64,000 nucleotides of DNA from Octopus sinensis (taxonomy: Eukaryota): assembly GCF_006345805.1 (NCBI RefSeq), contig NC_043003.1, positions 69,812,001-69,876,000 on the forward strand. The letters run 5' to 3'. The notes beneath the pieces are model-generated. The model was not told the DNA's origin. It saw only the letters and a program-made list of their open reading frames with translations, and made no database searches. A program made the translations under genes and the position numbers. This document shows, piece by piece, positions 51,820-64,000 of the stretch (positions are counted from its first letter, which is position 1; every line of letters begins with the position of its first letter).

Positions 51820-53564
51820 ATAAACTGACCTGGGCATCCAGCTGTAGAAACTTTGCCAGATCAGATTGGAGCCTGGTGCAGCCTTCTCGCTCACCAGTCC
51901 TCAGTCAAACCGTCCAACCCATGCCAGCATGGAAAGCAGACGTTAAACAATGATGATGATATAAATATCCTTTTATTCTTTTACTTGTTTCAGTCATTTG
52001 ACTGCAGCCATGCTGGAGCACTGCTTTGAAGGGTTCTAGTTGAACAAACCAACTCCAGGACTTAATTTTATAAGCCTAGTACTTATTCTACCAGTCTCTT
52101 TTGCTGAACTGTTAAGTTACAGGGACATAAACACACCAACAACGGTTGTCAAGTAGTAATGGGGGGACAAACACAGACACAATGACATGCACACAGATAC
52201 GTATATCATCATCATCCTTGTTTAATGTCCGTTTTCCATGCTGGCATGGGTTGGACAGTTTGACTGAGGTCTGGAGAGCCAGGAGGCTGCACCAAGCTCC
52301 AATCTGATATGGCAGAGTTTGTACAGCTGGATACTCTTTCTCATGTCAACCACTCCAAGAGTGTAGTGGGTGCTTTTTACATGCCACTGGTACAGGAGCC
52401 AGTGAGGGGGTACTGGCATCGGCCATGTTCGGATGGTGCCTTTTACGCGCCACCGGTATAGAACCCAGTCATGGCGTACTGGCATCAGTCACGTTCGGAT
52501 GGCACAGGAACCAATATATATATATATTTATATATGTGTATATATACACACACACGACAGGCTTCATTCTTCAGTTTCCGTCTACCAAATCCACTCACAA
52601 AGCTTTGGTCAGCCCACGGCTATAGTGGAAGACACTTGCCCAAGGTGCCACACAGTGGGACTGAAACTAGAACCATGTGGCTGAGAAGCAAGCTTCTTAC
52701 CACACAGCCATGCCTACACACATATATATATGTCTGTGTGTGTCTGTGTGCGTATAAACAATACCTCTAAGCCAGTGTCTACTGTTTTTATCATAATAGA
52801 TGTTGAGTCAAAGTGGTTGGGAAAATGTTAACAGACTTCATTAGTTTCTGCTGCAAAATGTCAATAAGTTATTACTTTCCAGTGATTGATGCATGACATC
52901 ATCATAAGAACAGAATATTTTTGTTAATGTTTTTCTTTTCCTTCAGATATAATGCCTGAGTAGTTCCTTATCACTCCATTCTCTTTTGTTAATGCTTGAG
53001 TTGTTCCTTATCACTCCACTCTCTTTGGCACCAACAGTGTTCCTTGCTAATAACATACTCATTAATTATACAGTACGTTATGTATTTACATCAGTGAGTT
53101 GTACAAACCCTTGTCTGACATCTTTTTTTTTATAATGTTGTTCCGCTTGATTTGTGTTGTAATGAGTTCGGTATTTTGGTTTTGGTGTCTTTGCTATGTC
53201 CATTGTGCAGAGGAGAGCTTATCAAGCAGTCAATGTTTCCAGTTTCTTGATTCTCTCTGGAAAGTCTTCTCACTGCACTCAGCATGCTATCTCTTATCTT
53301 CTCTCTTTTACTTGTTTTAGTTATTAGATTGTGGACATGCTGGGGCACGGCCTTGAAGAGTTTTTTTTCCAGATTCTTTCTTCTATTCTTTTATTTGTTT
53401 CAGTCATTTGACTGTGGCCATACTGAAGCACCGTTTTTAGTCAAACAAATCAAGCCCAGGACTTATTCTTTGTAAGCCTAGTACTTATTTTATCGGTCTC
53501 TTTTTCCACACTGCTAAGTTACAGAGATGGAACAGACACAAACACACTCTCTCTCTCTCTTTCT

Positions 53565-53595
<31 letters not shown>

Positions 53596-53749
53596 GCTTC
53601 TTTCAGTTTCCATCTACCAAATCCACTTACAAGGCTTTGGGCAGCCCAAGGCTATAGTAGAAGACATTTGCCCAAGGTGCCACTTAGTGGAACTGAACCC
53701 AGAATCATGTGGGTGGGAAGTAAACTTCTTACTAAGACCATATTCATGA

Positions 53750-54290
53750 GTTATGGGCGGCAGGAGGTTGGATTAGATGCTACAAACAGGTTGATATGCT
53801 CAGCTATTATGGAAGTGATATCACAATCAATGAGTGAAGGATTGATTGGCAGATATTTGCAGACAACATGGTGTTACTTGACTCATTAGAAAGTGATCTC
53901 CGTTGTGCAGGGAATGGTTTTGCTGCCAAGTGCTGCAATGCAGGGATGAGAATAAGTGTTGCAAAAACTGGAACACTGCTCCTCTCAAGAAAGTTTTGCT
54001 GATGCTCTCTGCATGTGAGTGGAACATCACTGCAACAAGTGCAGAAGTTTGAATATCTTGGGGCCATATTCAGAAATGATGGGAAGCAGAAGGATGAATT
54101 GGATGCTGAGTTTGCAGAGGCTGGCACAGTAATGCACCAACTCCTGTACTTGATCTTCAGAAGAGAGATTGGTAAAAAAAAAACAACCTGACTGACTACT
54201 TTGAATCCATCAGTAAAGTGTACTGACACTTGCTTCTGGTAGGACCCTATGGAGAAGGTGCCTAAGGACACTACTCCAATAACTTCCCCG
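53750..54290 (+). mobile_element. RTE LINE RT C-terminal fragment
   Basis: FAAKC.NAGMRISVAKT..VSGTSLQQVQKFEYLG motif. Confidence 0.7.
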
Positions 54291-55979
54291 GGAATACTCA
54301 GTAGATAAAATGGATGGATGATTGGACAGATCCAGTCTTACATCTTGAATTCAGTTTCATGACTGGCATTTCATTTTGTATTTGTTTTAAACACTTAATT
54401 CTAAGCAATATCAGTTTACCTAATGGATAGCAATGAGTATCAAACCATTTAAGAATATTTGCTGTAATGGTGTATCAAATAACATGAAAATAAAGCTAAG
54501 CAAGGCTCCTTAAATCTTTTGGGTGGAGGAAGAAGTAGGAATGAAGACAGAATTTTAGTGAGAGAGATTTACAAGAAACCAAGTTGATAAAATTGTTGAA
54601 TATGAGCTGAAGGACTGGTGCTTCATACCATCCCATAACTTAGCAGTTGAGCAAAAGAGAATGATAAAATAAGTAGCAGACTGCAATATATAAAAATAAG
54701 TACAGGGGTTGATTTATTCAACTAAACCCTTTAAGGACCCCAGCATGGCTACAGGCCAAAGACTGAAACAAATAAAAGACAAAAGATTCTATCAAGTAGG
54801 CAATTTATCACTTATCAGCTAACCTTTTCTCCTATTATAATGAACCGAAGAACTGGTTCTCAGAAATGCTATTTGAGATTTAAAAGTTCTTTGTATCATC
54901 ATCATCATCATCATCATTTAACGTCCATTTTCTATGCTAGCATGGTTTGGACAGTTTGACTGGGGTCTGGGAAGCCAGGAGGCTGCACCAGGTTCCAGTC
55001 TGATCTGGCAGTGTTTCTACAGCTGGATGCCCTTCCTAACACCAACTACTCTGTGAGTGTAGTGGGTGCTTTTTACGTGCCACCAGCACAGGGGCCAGAA
55101 TAGGCTGGCAACAGCCACATTCGGATGGTGCTTTTTACGTGCCACCGGCACAGGTATCACAACTACAAATTCCATTTGATTTTGATTTTGGTGTTGATGT
55201 ACTTGACTCAATAGGTCTCCTCAAGCACAGCAGGTCGCCATATGATCCAAGGTAAGCACAGCAGGCCGTCCTGTGAATCATGAACTCACTTCATTTGTCG
55301 AGTCTTCGCAATCACAGCATATCTCCAGAGGTCTCGGTCTTTCGTCATTGCCTCTTGATATCCCAGTCCGTAGAACAAGAATTAAGAGTCATATCTCCCA
55401 ATTGGGAAGTCAACCCTAAAACAGGAGTGGGAGCTACTTTTGCCTCACCCTGAATATTCTTTTCTACTCTAAGCACAAACCAGAAAACTTTTGGGGGAAG
55501 GAGGCCAGTCGATTATATTGAACTCCAGTATGTAACTGGTACTTAATTTATTGACCCCGAAAGGATGAGAAGCAAAGTCGACCTCGGCACAATTTGAACT
55601 CAGACCGTAAAGAACAGACGAAATACAGCTAAGCACCCTGTGTATTATGATACTAACTCGGTGGAAATCACATGGATCCAGGGTAGAAATTTGTTCTGTA
55701 AGATGGTTCTAATTCTTTCAATTGAAAAAAGCATGAATGTCACAATTTCACATACCTTCTTTTTCTTTTCTAAGAAACCAGGTTTTTAAGGTAAAAATAA
55801 TTAAGTATTCTTGAAAACTTTATTCTTTTTTGACCTTTTATCACTCACCTTATCTGATTTCAATAATTAGCTGATCCAGTTACCAATAAAGTGGTATTTA
55901 TTTAAATTTTCTGTTTAACAATGGAGTTCATAGAAGTAGTGACTATATATGTTTGTGTGTGTATGTATAAATATATAGA

Positions 55980-56390
55980 AGCGGCTGTGTGGTAAGTAGC
56001 TAGCTTACCAACCACATAGTTCCAGGTTCGGTCCCACTGCATGGCACCTTGGGCTGGTGTCTTCTACTATAGCCTTGGGGCAACCAAAGCCTTGTGAGTG
56101 GATTTGGTAGAAACTGAAAGAAGCCCATCATGCATGTATGTATGTATGTATGTATGTATGTGTGTGTATATGTTTGTGTTTGTGTTTCTGTGCTTGTTCC
56201 CCCAACATCGCTTGACAACTGATGCTGGTGTGTTTACGGCCCCATAACTTAGCAGTTCGGCAAAAGAGACTGATAGAATAAGTACTAGGCTTACAAAGAA
56301 TAAGTCCTAGGGTCAATTTGCTCGACTAAAGGTGGTGCTCCAGCATGACCTCAGTGAAATGACTGAAACAAGTAAAAGAAAGAATAAAAG
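55980..56390 (+). mobile_element. SINE family A, young-looking full-length copy
   Basis: Complete head, body and tail. Confidence 0.8.
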
Positions 56391-56466
56391 AATATATATA
56401 CACACACACACGTATACATACATATACACACATGTACATACATATACATAACACATACATACACAC

Positions 56467-56499
<33 letters not shown>

Positions 56500-57894
56500 T
56501 ATAAATACACACATATACAGGCATACACTCACATATATATACATACTTGTGTGTTTGTGTGTGTGTTCCTTCCATAACAAGGCTTTGTAAATATTTAAAT
56601 TTGTTTCAGTTCTACTAATTTATGCTGTATTGTGCATTAAATAGCATTAAATAGATATTATTCAATTAATGACAAGCCCTCCAAAAGAAGAAATACTGCA
56701 AATTAGAATCACCATCATGGTGCTAGAATAATTTATAACTGTGCTGTTGATTGAGGTTGGTTTCTTTTGTCTTGTAACAAAATCCCCTTTTTGGTCATTC
56801 AAAGGAGATGACTTACAATGAACAAATTCTACATAATCAATTTGGAAACCTGAAATCTCTCTCATTCACTCACTCACTCTCTCTCTTTTTACACACACAC
56901 ACACACACATACACAAACACATAGACCGACACATACACACACACATTTCTTTCCAAGCACAGTCATATGTGCAAACAGTCAAACATTAATAGAAGAATCA
57001 CTCAAATACATTAAGTAGGCTGTCAGATGAAAGCATCTGAACAAACTTCAAAGTCACTGTCAAACTTTTCCTTGTAAATTTACACACACACACACACACA
57101 CACACATTTCACTTATGCATAGCAAGACTAATAACCTGGTGTAGAACTCAATATATGTGTAGTCCTGAACACAATGTTATATGAGTATAGAGTGATAACA
57201 GGAAACAAAGTGATGACACCGGAACAAAGAAAGACTATGTTAAGTTTCTTATTTCTTTATTGAACTTATGATCTGGTGATCATAAACGTAGCACTCTCAC
57301 CACCAGGCCATGTGCCTTCACGAAGAGCGTGATTTGAAGGAATTTTAGCAATCATGTCAAAGCTCCATTGCTGGAGCATATGAAGATGCAGTAGATGTCA
57401 TTTTGAAGAATGCAAGGAAATGGTAAGCCAAGTCTGTAACCTAGATTTAATAACCAATTGAAAATATTTCACTTCCCTTGTGTTGTTAATGATCTTAGTA
57501 AAAAAAAAAAAAACAAACAGTCATCTTAAACTTGACGCCAACTTTGCAAAAGAAACAGGAAAACCATTCCAAAGCATCCTCTCCAATTACATTATTTGGT
57601 GCCATGGTAAACTATTTCAAGCAACAGATTAGTGCTGCCAAATGCCAAACGCAACTTCATCAAATTCCATATTGTAGCTGTTGTTTAGTCCCAAGTTAGC
57701 CATGGGTGAGCAAGCTTATGACTAAAGACATTCCTGATATGACCATCCCAAGTTACTTTCAAACAGTGTATCAAGGACTATATACACACATATGCATACA
57801 TATACACACATATGTACACACACATACATAGACATCTACACACATACATGTTTGTCCATCAGAGTGAAAGGACCATCTAGTTATGCAAAAGATG

Positions 57895-58272
57895 ATTGGT
57901 AACTTGTGTAGTAGCATGTGTGGTATCTTGTGTGGTAACATGTGTGGTAGCTTGTGTGGTAACTTGTGTGGTAACTTGTGTGGTAGTTTGTGTGGTAACC
58001 TGTATGGTAAATTATGTGGCAACTTGTGTGGTAATTGTGTGGTAACCTGTGTGATAACTTGTGTGGTAACCTGTGTGGTAGCTTGTATGGTAACTTGTGC
58101 GGTAATTGTGTGGTAGCTTGTGGTAATTGTGTGGTAACTTGTGTGGTAACCTGTGTGGTAGCTTGTGTGGTAACTTGTGTGGTAACTTGTGTGGTAACCT
58201 GAGAAGTAGCTTGTGTGGTAACATGTGTGGTAATTGTGAGGTAACCTGTGTGGTAGCTTGTGTGGTAGCTTT
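57895..58272. repeat. 12-bp minisatellite (GTAACTTGTGTG)
   Basis: Read directly; source of the LPHK/TTQV/YHTS ORFs. Confidence 0.9.
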
Positions 58273-59889
58273 GTTTTAAGTGGAAAAGAGTTGCATACCA
58301 TCCACCTCTTTTGTCCACAACCATCTTCAATCCAGAAGCAAGACCAGGTCAAGTCAACTGGAGACAGGAACAGATGACCAAGATGTCTTGCCTGACTTCG
58401 TCTTGCTGTTGCTGTGGTTGCCTTCCCTTCTGTTGAACCATCACGGTTCCTACCACAGAGTCAGACAAATAGTCTTCACATACATTGGTAGACAATTCCA
58501 GGACATGCTAGTTAACTGGTAGCTGGGACTTTGACAGATGCTACAACTCTTGGCAGAGTAGACCTGGGAGCAACAGTGGCAAAGAAGTGGGTCCATAATG
58601 CTCAGAAACCCAGAAACTCATGAACCAGGGTGCCACTACTGGATGCAGTTTAAAGCCATGCTCAAGACACACAAAAAGACACGTATACATACACACACAA
58701 ACTGGTGCCATGTAAAAAGTACCCATTCTACTCAGTAAAGTAGTTGGCATTAGCAAGGGCATCCAGCCATAGAAACCATGCCAAAGCTGACATTGGAATT
58801 TGGTGCGGTCCCTGGCTTCACCAGCTGCTGTCAAACCATCCAACCCATGCCAGCATGGAAAACAGACACCAAAAGATGATGATGATATATACACTCCCAT
58901 ATATTTTCTTACTTCCTTTCATTGTCACATGTGTCCACTGATTGTAAACCACGACAGTATCTTTTATTTGCACTATACCAAAAAACCGTATCCAGGTTTC
59001 TAAGCATGTTCGGACATGTTGCATGATTTTTGTCAACCAAATGACTTCCAAAAAGTGTTGTTTGTTTCTAGATTTCCATGTAAACATGATTGAGCTGTTT
59101 TAATTCAATTGACTGAGAGATTAATAAGTCGGGTGGAAGCAAGTGGTGGTGGTGGTGGTGGTATTGCGTGGGGTAACACAGAAAGAGCAACAAGCTGTAA
59201 AAACTAACTCTGCTGCCACATACTCTCGTCTGACCCATGCAAGCATGAGAAAGTAGACACTGAAACAACGATGAGGAAGATGATGAAAAGGAGGATCAAG
59301 TGGAAGAAGATGACAAAGATGATGAAGAAGGAGATGATGATGATGATGATGATTACAATGATGAAAAAGGAGGGGAGGGGGAGGGGGCGGGGGGAGGAGA
59401 AGAAGAAGAAGAAGAAGAAGAAGAAGATAATGAAGAAGATGATGAAGATAACGACTTTGTGGGGCTGCAGTTACTGTTTATTTGTTTTGCATATTTCTGA
59501 TGATAGATTTCATTAGATGAAGATTCATTCACAACAAAAAGAACTTGTTTTGTCTTCTGGCTTCACACTGAAGCATAAGCAAATGGGGCGTTTCCCATGC
59601 TGGTAGCACTTCATCTTCTTCAGGTAATTCATTGAAGGATCTTCCTTAACCTTTCTGTAGAATTAGCAGAAGTCTTGATTCATTTCAAAAGTCTGCTAAA
59701 ATTTCTCTGAATGGTTTCAATGACCTGCTACAGTAGACTCTGGTTTCATGTCGTACCATGGGATATACAGTAATATTTCGTGTGTTAATCGCATCAGTGT
59801 TTGGTGTATTGTCAGCTAATGGCACTGTTAATGTTTACAATCAGCAATCACACCTTACAGTGAACGGAAATAAGAACACTCCTCAATAA

Positions 59890-60100
59890 TTCTTTTCTAC
59901 TCTAGGCACAAAGCCCGAAATTTTGGGGGAGTGGGGACCAGTCGATTAGATTGACTCCAGTATGCAACTGGTACTTAACTTATCAACCCTGAAAGGATGA
60001 AAGCAAAGTTGACCTCAGTGGGATATGAACTCAGAATGTAAAGACAGATGAAATACTGCTAAGCATTTCACCCAATATGCTAACGATTCTGCCAGTTTGC
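59890..60100 (-). mobile_element. SINE family D (Nin-like core)
   Basis: Core ACTTTGCTTTCATCCTTTCAGGGTTGATAA..AAGTACCAG. Other copies at ~6000-6540, 14350-14550, 21175-21360, 34110-34240, 55455-55635. Confidence 0.6.
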
Positions 60101-60263
60101 TACTTTACACTTCTTAATTATTTATATGATCTTATATAAAGTATTACTGGCAACAGTTTCCAGGGATAATATTAATTACACAAAAAATTGATTATTTTCC
60201 CTGTAATAGTGTGAATGAATTCAACAATACAGTATGTGTGAATATATATATATGTGTGTGTGT

Positions 60264-60600
60264 GGAAGGCACATGGCTCAGTGGTTAGAATGTCAAACTT
60301 ACAACCGTGAGGTTGTGAGTTCAAATCCTGGACTGGGTTGCGTGTTGTGCTTTTGAGCAAGACACTTTATTTCACGTTGCTCCATTCACTCAGCTATAGA
60401 AATGAGTTGCGACATCACTGGTACCAAGCTGTATCAGCCTTTATTTTCCCCTTGGATAACATCAGTGGTGTGGAGAGGGGAGGCTGGTATGCATGGGCGA
60501 CTGCTGGTCTTCCATAAACAACCTTGCCTGGAATTATGCCTCGGAGGGTAACTTTCTAGGTGCAATCCCATGGTCATTCATGACCGAAGGGGGTCTCCGG
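60264..60600 (+). mobile_element. tRNA-derived SINE (family C)
   Basis: Colinear with 1637-1962. Confidence 0.7.
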
Positions 60601-61073
60601 TATATATATATATCGTCATCATCATATATATTGTCGTCATCATCATCATTTACTGTCTGCTTTCCATGCTGGCATGGGTTGGATGGTTTGACTGAAAACT
60701 TGTAAGCCACAGAGCTGCACCAGGTTCCAATCTGATTTGGCATGGTTTCTACAGCTGGATGCCCTTCCTAAAGCCAACCACTCTGAGCATGTAGTGGCTG
60801 CTTTTCACGTGCCACTGGCATGGGTGCTATTGACCTGATTGGCCATGACTATGGTCTCACTTGGCTTCACAAGGTCAACAAAAGCACAGTATATTGCTAA
60901 GCATCTAAAATTAGTGTACATTTAAACACAAAAAGAGGTGACCCTTAACAGACCACCTTACATGCTAGAAGGAGCAGTCAAACGTCCAAAACCACAGTTA
61001 AGAGAAATTTCAAAGGGAATGAAAAACAAAAACTTTTACCATGTTTTACAGCCAGACCTGTATATATACATAC

Positions 61074-61138
<65 letters not shown>

Positions 61139-61139
61139 A

Positions 61140-63070
61140 GATGCAGTGGATTCACAGGTAAATGAACAGATAAAGACATCATTGTATGTGGCAGATGTGC
61201 AGGAACAATAAGCACTAAGAGCACACAGGAGTTAGATTTTCTCAAATACTCAGGAGGCTCTCTTGAGGTTGTAGATGGTTTCTGTTACCTAGGTGACCAC
61301 ATAAGCAATGGTGGCAGATGGTCTGAAAGTATTGTTTCTAGAATAAGTATTGAGTGGAGGAAGTTCGGAGAGCTATTACTTCTGTTGGCAACAAAAAGAC
61401 TCTCTCTCAGAGTGAAAGGTAGACTGTATGATGCTTGTGGGCAAACAGCTATACTCCATGGTAGTGAGATATGGGCTCTGAATGTAGAAGACATGCGTAA
61501 ACTGGAGAGAAATGAAAGTAGTATGCTCCACTGGATGTGCAACATCAGTGTGCATGTATGACAAAGTGCAAATGTATTGAGAGTAAAGTTGGGCATAAGA
61601 GGAATCAAATGTAGCATGCAAGAGAGAAGACTATGTTGGTTTGGACATGTGGTATGTATAAATGAGGACAGCTGCATAAAGAGGGGCTAATCACTGAAAG
61701 TGGATGGCACCTGCAAAAGAGGGATGCCCAGGAAGATATGGGATGAAGTGGTAAGGACCGATCTCAGATGTTGGGACTCACAGAGGGAATGACAATGGAC
61801 TGAGATGTCTGGCAATATGAAGTTCTTGAGAAGACCTGCCCACGTTAGCAAAATGGAGTTCTAGAAGTGCTGTCTGCCCAAACCACACTTAATAAGAAAA
61901 CTCCCTGATCCTGTCCTCTTGGCTCTGTCTCACTGTATCATTGCTCCCCACTATCCCCTAACCTATGTATCCCACCCACATGCCCGGTCTCACTGTATTA
62001 TTGCTGTCTGCTAGCCCCTAACCTGAGTGTTCCATCCACATGCCCTGTCTCCCTGTATTATTGCTATCTCCTAGCCCCCGACCTATGTGTTCCACCCACA
62101 TGTAACAAGAAAACTTTTCCCTCACCCTACCTCAGCAAACCAATCTACATCTCCACATCTATTCTCTTTCTCACATTTCCTCCTTCATACACTATGCTTA
62201 GCTCTCACTCCCCAATCTTGTCCTCATGGCCCTGTTCCTCTGTATCATTGTTATCTGGTAGCTCCCTGACTCTATATGTACTCAGGTTTTCACCACTCCC
62301 TTCCCCCATCTGCACTCTTCTATCACACTTCCTTCGCAATATCCTGCCACTTATATTATGGCATTTGAACATCAAGGGTGTGCCCTGGCACTTGCCACCA
62401 TCTATATCTCTCTCTTCCTTTTCTCAACCATCCCATTTATATTCTGATCCCCATTCCTAGTGAGTATGCCTGGCACTTTACCACCATCTCTATCCTGTTG
62501 TCTCCCACTCTTTCCTTCTCCTTCACTTCTTTCAGGTTGAATAACCATGAATTTCCTTTGCAGTAGTGCACCTGCTTCTGTCTTTATTCCTGATCAATAT
62601 CTCTCTCTCTGACTGGTTAACCTTGTACTTCCTCTACAGCAAGCCACCTGTTTATGTCTCTCTGCCTTCCTATAACCTTTCATCATCCAACACAAGATCA
62701 CCTCCTCCAATGCCCCCTCCCCTCTTGAAAGTTCTTTTTTTTGCCTTGCAAGTACTTAGTGAGCCTGTCAGTGCAGGTGCCATTCAAAAGCACCCAGTCC
62801 ACACTGTAAAATGGTTGGCATTTGGAAGGGCATCCAGCTGTAAAAACCTTACCAAAACCTCGCCTGTGCTTGTGCTCTGTAAAAAGCACTAAGTCCACTC
62901 TGCTGAGAGGTTGCTGTAAAAATCCTGCCAAAATAGTCACAGAAGTCTGGTGCAGGCTTCTGGCTGGCCAGCTCTTGTCAAACCATCTCACCCATGCAAG
63001 CAAGGAAGGTGAACGTTAAATGCTGGTGGTGGCAGCGCCGGTGGTGATGGTGGTGGTGATGATGGTAATG
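61140..63070 (+). mobile_element. 5'-truncated RTE LINE with long 3' UTR and family B tail
   Basis: LEVVDGFCYLGD..WRKFGELL..LSLRVKGRLYDAC..LHGSEIWAL..RLCWFGHV, with stops. ~62-bp triple repeat at 61925-62105; tail at 62760-63070. Confidence 0.8.
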
Positions 63071-63595
63071 ATGATGATGATAATGATGATGATGATGTGT
63101 ATATATACATACACACACACACATGTATATGTATATATATTTACTTTTGATGGACAAAATTTCAGCTCATGTGACAGTTGGTAAGCATAAAAGAAAACAA
63201 GAAGATTCTCCATGAGGCAAATTGAAATTTAGAAAGCCATCAAATTATCACTGCAGAAATCTTTGAAGCATGAAATAAACACATTTTTATTACTTTTTCA
63301 AATGCAAAACAACAACAACAACAGGAGCAGCAACAACAACAACAATTAACTAAGGTGATGCAGTAATTGTGATATAACAAAAAAAAAAAATAATAATAAT
63401 AATTTAATGGTTTGAAATTTCAGGACAAGGCCAGTAATTTCAGGAGAGTGTGTTAAGTCAATTACATTGACCCCAGAGTTCATCATCATCAACTCACCGA
63501 AATATTGAATACAAGGTAAATCTACATTAATTCACATATTTGTTTTCTTGTGATTTACCTTGCATTTACTTCGCATTGTTTTGGCCTTTTATACA

Positions 63596-63629
<34 letters not shown>

Positions 63630-63636
63630 ATACATA

Positions 63637-63683
<47 letters not shown>

Positions 63684-63787
63684 ATATGTATATATATACA
63701 TATGTATGTATATATGTATGCATGTATGTATATACATATATATATATATATAGGTATATATATACAAATATATATATATATAATTTT

Positions 63788-64000
63788 TTTTACTTGTTTC
63801 AGTCATTTGACTGCGGCCATGCTGGAGCACCACCTTTAGTTGAGCAAATCAACTCCAGGACTTATTCTTTGTAAGCCTCGTACTTATTCTATCGGTCTCT
63901 TTTGCCGAACCGCTAAGTTACGGGGACGTAAACACACCAGCATCGGGTGTCAAGCGACACACAAACACACACACATATATATACACATATACATATATAC
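63788..64000 (-). mobile_element. SINE family A 3' half (runs off window)
   Basis: Family A tail with CpGs intact. Confidence 0.75.

Noticed and set aside
57349-57422. Possible + strand exon QSCQSSIAGAYEDAVDVILKNARK with a good donor
   Set aside because: Weak acceptor, no partner exons, no recognisable homology.
57771-58352. LPHK/TTQV repeat ORFs
   Set aside because: 12-bp minisatellite open in several frames; no splice or homology support.
58290-59860. Unique, coding-looking stretches at 58290-58620 and 59520-59860
   Set aside because: The frames I tried hit stops without compatible splice sites.

Overview
AT-rich animal DNA dense in microsatellites and retroposons. The SINE/RTE repertoire looks like Octopus (inferred, not searched). 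One protein-coding gene is well supported: the 5' part of a DCDC1 (doublecortin-domain) orthologue on the minus strand. Its seven coding exons (27897 to 5146, 294 codons) join in frame and include a 23-nt microexon; the gene probably continues past the left edge. The rest is SINEs, RTE, R4-like and Penelope-like fragments, a decayed mariner, maT-like fragments, non-autonomous Helitrons, foldbacks and simple repeats. The most notable feature is a ~481-bp tandem array at 1-1400 in which every unit carries a type I hammerhead ribozyme fold (retrozyme-like). Several other hammerhead-like motifs with unusual cores, including a compensatory G3-C8 swap, lie next to (TA)n tracts. All calls were read by eye; repeat boundaries are approximate.
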